Below, piece by piece: positions 61,780-64,000 of a stretch of DNA of 64,000 nucleotides (within the stretch, counting starts at the first letter, position 1; the number at the start of each line of letters is the position of its first letter). The notes beneath the pieces were generated by a model. That model was not told the DNA's origin and made no database searches. It saw only the letters and a program-made list of their open reading frames with translations. Position numbers and translations under genes: made by a program. The stretch is from the NCBI GenBank assembly GCA_002685965.1, contig NYZE01000005.1, forward strand, positions 1,712 through 65,711, given 5' to 3'. The DNA is from Planctomycetota bacterium. Its GTDB lineage: Bacteria; Planctomycetota; UBA1135; GCA-002748355.

Positions 61780-64000
61780 ATGACCATGTTCCGCTCTCTC
61801 GCCGTTGTGGCCGCTGTGACCACGCTCCTTCCAAGTCCCTGCGCGTTGGCCCAAGGCCCGATCGACGCGGGACCACCTCGCACGGTCGTCATCCCCATCG
61901 AGCCGGCGCGGCCTGCCGGAAAAGACGCCTACCTTCCTCAGGCGCCGGCGTCGTTGCTCGAGGAGATGAAGTTCAACAAGCACAAGCACCGAGTCGTTCC
62001 CGAAGGGCAAGGCGGCTTACCGCTTCCCAATAGCGCGGAGGTCCAGCCGGCCGAGCACTCTCCACAGGCGGGTCCCGGAGACTTCAGGTACTTCCTGAAC
62101 GAGCCCGTACAGCCCGCGGGGGCCGGAATCAGCGGCTCTCTCGTCGAGCCCGCCGGCGCGGTCAACCGCGATGTCGTTCTCTACACCGGCAACACGTTCG
62201 CTGCGCTGTCCAAGGACTCCGGCAAGTCATGGACCCACATCAACCCGAGCACGCGCTTCCCCGCTCCCGACGGGCCGATGTGCTGTGACCAGCGTGTCAT
62301 CCACGTGCCGAGCCCGAACATGACGCTGTGGCTCCTCGAGTATCGCTACAGTTCGTCCAAGGGCACCGGGAGCCTCCGCATTGCCTTTGCGAAGGGTCGG
62401 GACGAGCTAAGAAAGAACGTGTTCGCCTCGTTCGTCGTCAACCCGAAGACCTTCGGCTTCGGCAACGGGTTCTTCCTCGACTACAGCGACCTCACGTACG
62501 GCTCCAAGCACCTGTACGGCTCCGCCATCGTCGCCCCCGGTGGCACGACGGGGAGCATCTCCTACGTCCTGTGGCGCGCGGCTCTCACCGATGTCTACGA
62601 CGGTGGCAATGTGGCCATCTCGTACTACACGGCGGCCGCCCTCGGCGGCTACGGCAACTACCGCTTCGCCCAGGGCTCGACCTCGAACATGTACTGGGCC
62701 GCCCACGAGAGCACGACCATCCTGCGCGTCTACAAGTGGAACGAGACCTCGGGCAACGCGTCGATCTTCCGCAAGACCATCAGCAAGTGGAGCGCGACGC
62801 CCACGCCGGCGCCGGGCCCCGATGCGCGGGACTGGACGGGGTTCCGCTGGACGAACAACTGCGTGCTCGGGGGTTACGCCAACTCGTCGGAGGTCGGGTT
62901 CCTCTGGACCTCCGGCAGCGTGAGTGGGCGGCCGCGGAACTTCGTCCGCGTTGCGCGGTTCAACCCGACCACCCTTGCGCTGATCGGCCAACGGGACATC
63001 CACAGCGCGAACGTTGCCTACCACTTCCCCTATGCCGCGACCAACAGCAGCGGCCACATCGGGGTGACGATCTGCTTCGGCGGGGGGAAGTGGTACCCCT
63101 CGGCCGGCGCGTTCATCATCGACAACTACACCTCCTGGGCGGGTCTATCCGCGGTGGAGACGATGCGCACGGGCAAGGCGGGTCCGCCGAGCAACCGTTG
63201 GGGGGACTACTTCCACTGCTGGCGCAACTCCAATCTCACGTCGACCTGGAGCGGGATGGGGTTCACGAAACAATCGGCGACCGGCTCCGGAGAGCCCCGC
63301 TACGTCTGGTTCGGTCGTGAGGTAAACCAGCCGACCTGGGTCAACCTCTACGTGCAGTCGACGCCTGCCACCGGCGTCAAGATCACCCTGCCCCAACTCG
63401 ATCGCTTAGGGCGCGGGGATGGTCTGACAAACTTCTCGCGCAGCTACGCTCCCAACCAAGGCTACGAGTTGACCGCGCCGCTCACGCATCTCGTGGGTCG
63501 CACCACATACGCCTTCGAGCGGTGGTTGCTGCGGACGGCACCGACCGCGGGCTTCGTCAATCAACCCATCGGGAAACTTGACCTCTCGGTTTCGAACATC
63601 GTGTCGCTCGACGACACGGCAATCGCGCGCTACGTAATCCGACGTGTGTTGAACGTTCGCTCGCTCTACGCGAGCAACGTGCCGATCACGGTCAGCGTCA
63701 CCGACATCAACGGGAAGAAGAACGGCGCGACGAACTTCACGCGTTTCTATCGCAACGCCCAGGCGCTCACGCTTACGGCACCGGCCATCGTCGGCGGGCG
63801 GCGCTTCTACCGCTGGCGTTTGAACAACGCCAACCAACCCGCGGGCAACAAGACGCTGTCCGTGTCGATGACCGCCACCCACACCGCCGATGCGGTCTAC
63901 GGGTACCAGACCGTGGGGACCTACGCGAGCTTCGGCGTGGGCTGCGCCGGCAGCAACGGGACTCCCAGCCAGAAGGCCTCCGGAACCCCGGAGGTCGGGT
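61780..64000 (+). CDS. Large secreted protein with BNR/Asp-box (sialidase-like propeller?) N-terminal region; continues beyond window
   Basis: Not in ORF track (no stop in window). Own translation from ATG 61780: MTMFRSLAVVAAVTTLLPSPCALAQGP... with no stop through 63999. Asp-box ALSKDSGKSW (SxDxGxxW). High GC3 in this frame. The track ORF 62328-63320 is in a different frame. Confidence 0.75.
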   Translation, partial: MTMFRSLAVVAAVTTLLPSPCALAQGPIDAGPPRTVVIPIEPARPAGKDAYLPQAPASLLEEMKFNKHKHRVVPEGQGGLPLPNSAEVQPAEHSPQAGPGDFRYFLNEPVQPAGAGISGSLVEPAGAVNRDVVLYTGNTFAALSKDSGKSWTHINPSTRFPAPDGPMCCDQRVIHVPSPNMTLWLLEYRYSSSKGTGSLRIAFAKGRDELRKNVFASFVVNPKTFGFGNGFFLDYSDLTYGSKHLYGSAIVAPGGTTGSISYVLWRAALTDVYDGGNVAISYYTAAALGGYGNYRFAQGSTSNMYWAAHESTTILRVYKWNETSGNASIFRKTISKWSATPTPAPGPDARDWTGFRWTNNCVLGGYANSSEVGFLWTSGSVSGRPRNFVRVARFNPTTLALIGQRDIHSANVAYHFPYAATNSSGHIGVTICFGGGKWYPSAGAFIIDNYTSWAGLSAVETMRTGKAGPPSNRWGDYFHCWRNSNLTSTWSGMGFTKQSATGSGEPRYVWFGREVNQPTWVNLYVQSTPATGVKITLPQLDRLGRGDGLTNFSRSYAPNQGYELTAPLTHLVGRTTYAFERWLLRTAPTAGFVNQPIGKLDLSVSNIVSLDDTAIARYVIRRVLNVRSLYASNVPITVSVTDINGKKNGATNFTRFYRNAQALTLTAPAIVGGRRFYRWRLNNANQPAGNKTLSVSMTATHTADAVYGYQTVGTYASFGVGCAGSNGTPSQKASGTPEVG

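Noticed and set aside
62328-63320. Track ORF of 330 aa on the plus strand
   Set aside because: It is in a different frame from the uninterrupted, signal-peptide-bearing, high-GC3 ORF that starts at 61780 and runs off the window. Its composition (Arg/Leu/Pro-rich) is shadow-like.

Overview
High-GC (about two-thirds G+C by eye), gene-dense bacterial chromosomal window. I call about 55 protein-coding genes and 3 tRNAs (Ala-GGC, Val-TAC, Asp-GTC). I see no rRNA, CRISPR array or intact transposase. All calls come from reading the six-frame track, my own translations and motif recall; no homology search was run. Many long track ORFs are antisense shadows typical of high-GC DNA and were discarded. 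Two real genes run off the window edges and are missing from the track (1-1182 minus, 61780-64000 plus).

Content, in order:
- 1-4909: a tightly coupled reductive pyrimidine catabolism operon.
- A TldD/PmbA pair and an orphan prepilin-like gene.
- 10.7-24 kb: an envelope-glycan region. It holds a ubiD / unknown ORF / decaprenyl-phosphate phosphoribosyltransferase-like / GT-C operon, a GT87, an LPS-kinase-like protein lacking the catalytic Asp, methyltransferases, ugd and an ECF sigma pair.
- 25.9-29.0 kb: a 3.1-kb tRNA-Val island remnant. A 13-bp direct repeat brackets a truncated integrase and one cargo gene, a secreted astacin fused to FG-GAP repeats.
- 30-38 kb: a GDSL esterase, a deacetylase, an SSS transporter, a GT-C and a B12-radical-SAM gene.
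- 38-44 kb: an amidase / TMTC-like / HEAT-VWA operon facing an orphan BlaI-family repressor. The 122-bp control region between them has two perfect palindromes.
- 47-48.5 kb: an iodotyrosine-deiodinase-like nitroreductase overlapping a PhzF-like gene by one base.
- 53.7-60.5 kb: the squalene genes hpnC/hpnD/hpnE. hpnD-hpnE are chained by overlapping codons to a YbbL/YbbM (FetAB)-type ABC exporter, and a methyltransferase sits antisense between hpnC and hpnD.

The best candidates for undescribed biology are the hpn-ABC-methyltransferase locus, the tRNA-Val mini-island with its astacin/FG-GAP cargo, the BlaI-controlled amidase/TMTC/VWA operon and the ubiD/orfX/DPPR-synthase/GT-C operon. Lineage cannot be fixed from this window. 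The pilin-like N-termini, multiple GT-C enzymes and FG-GAP-rich secreted proteins fit a planctomycete-like or similar Gram-negative organism.
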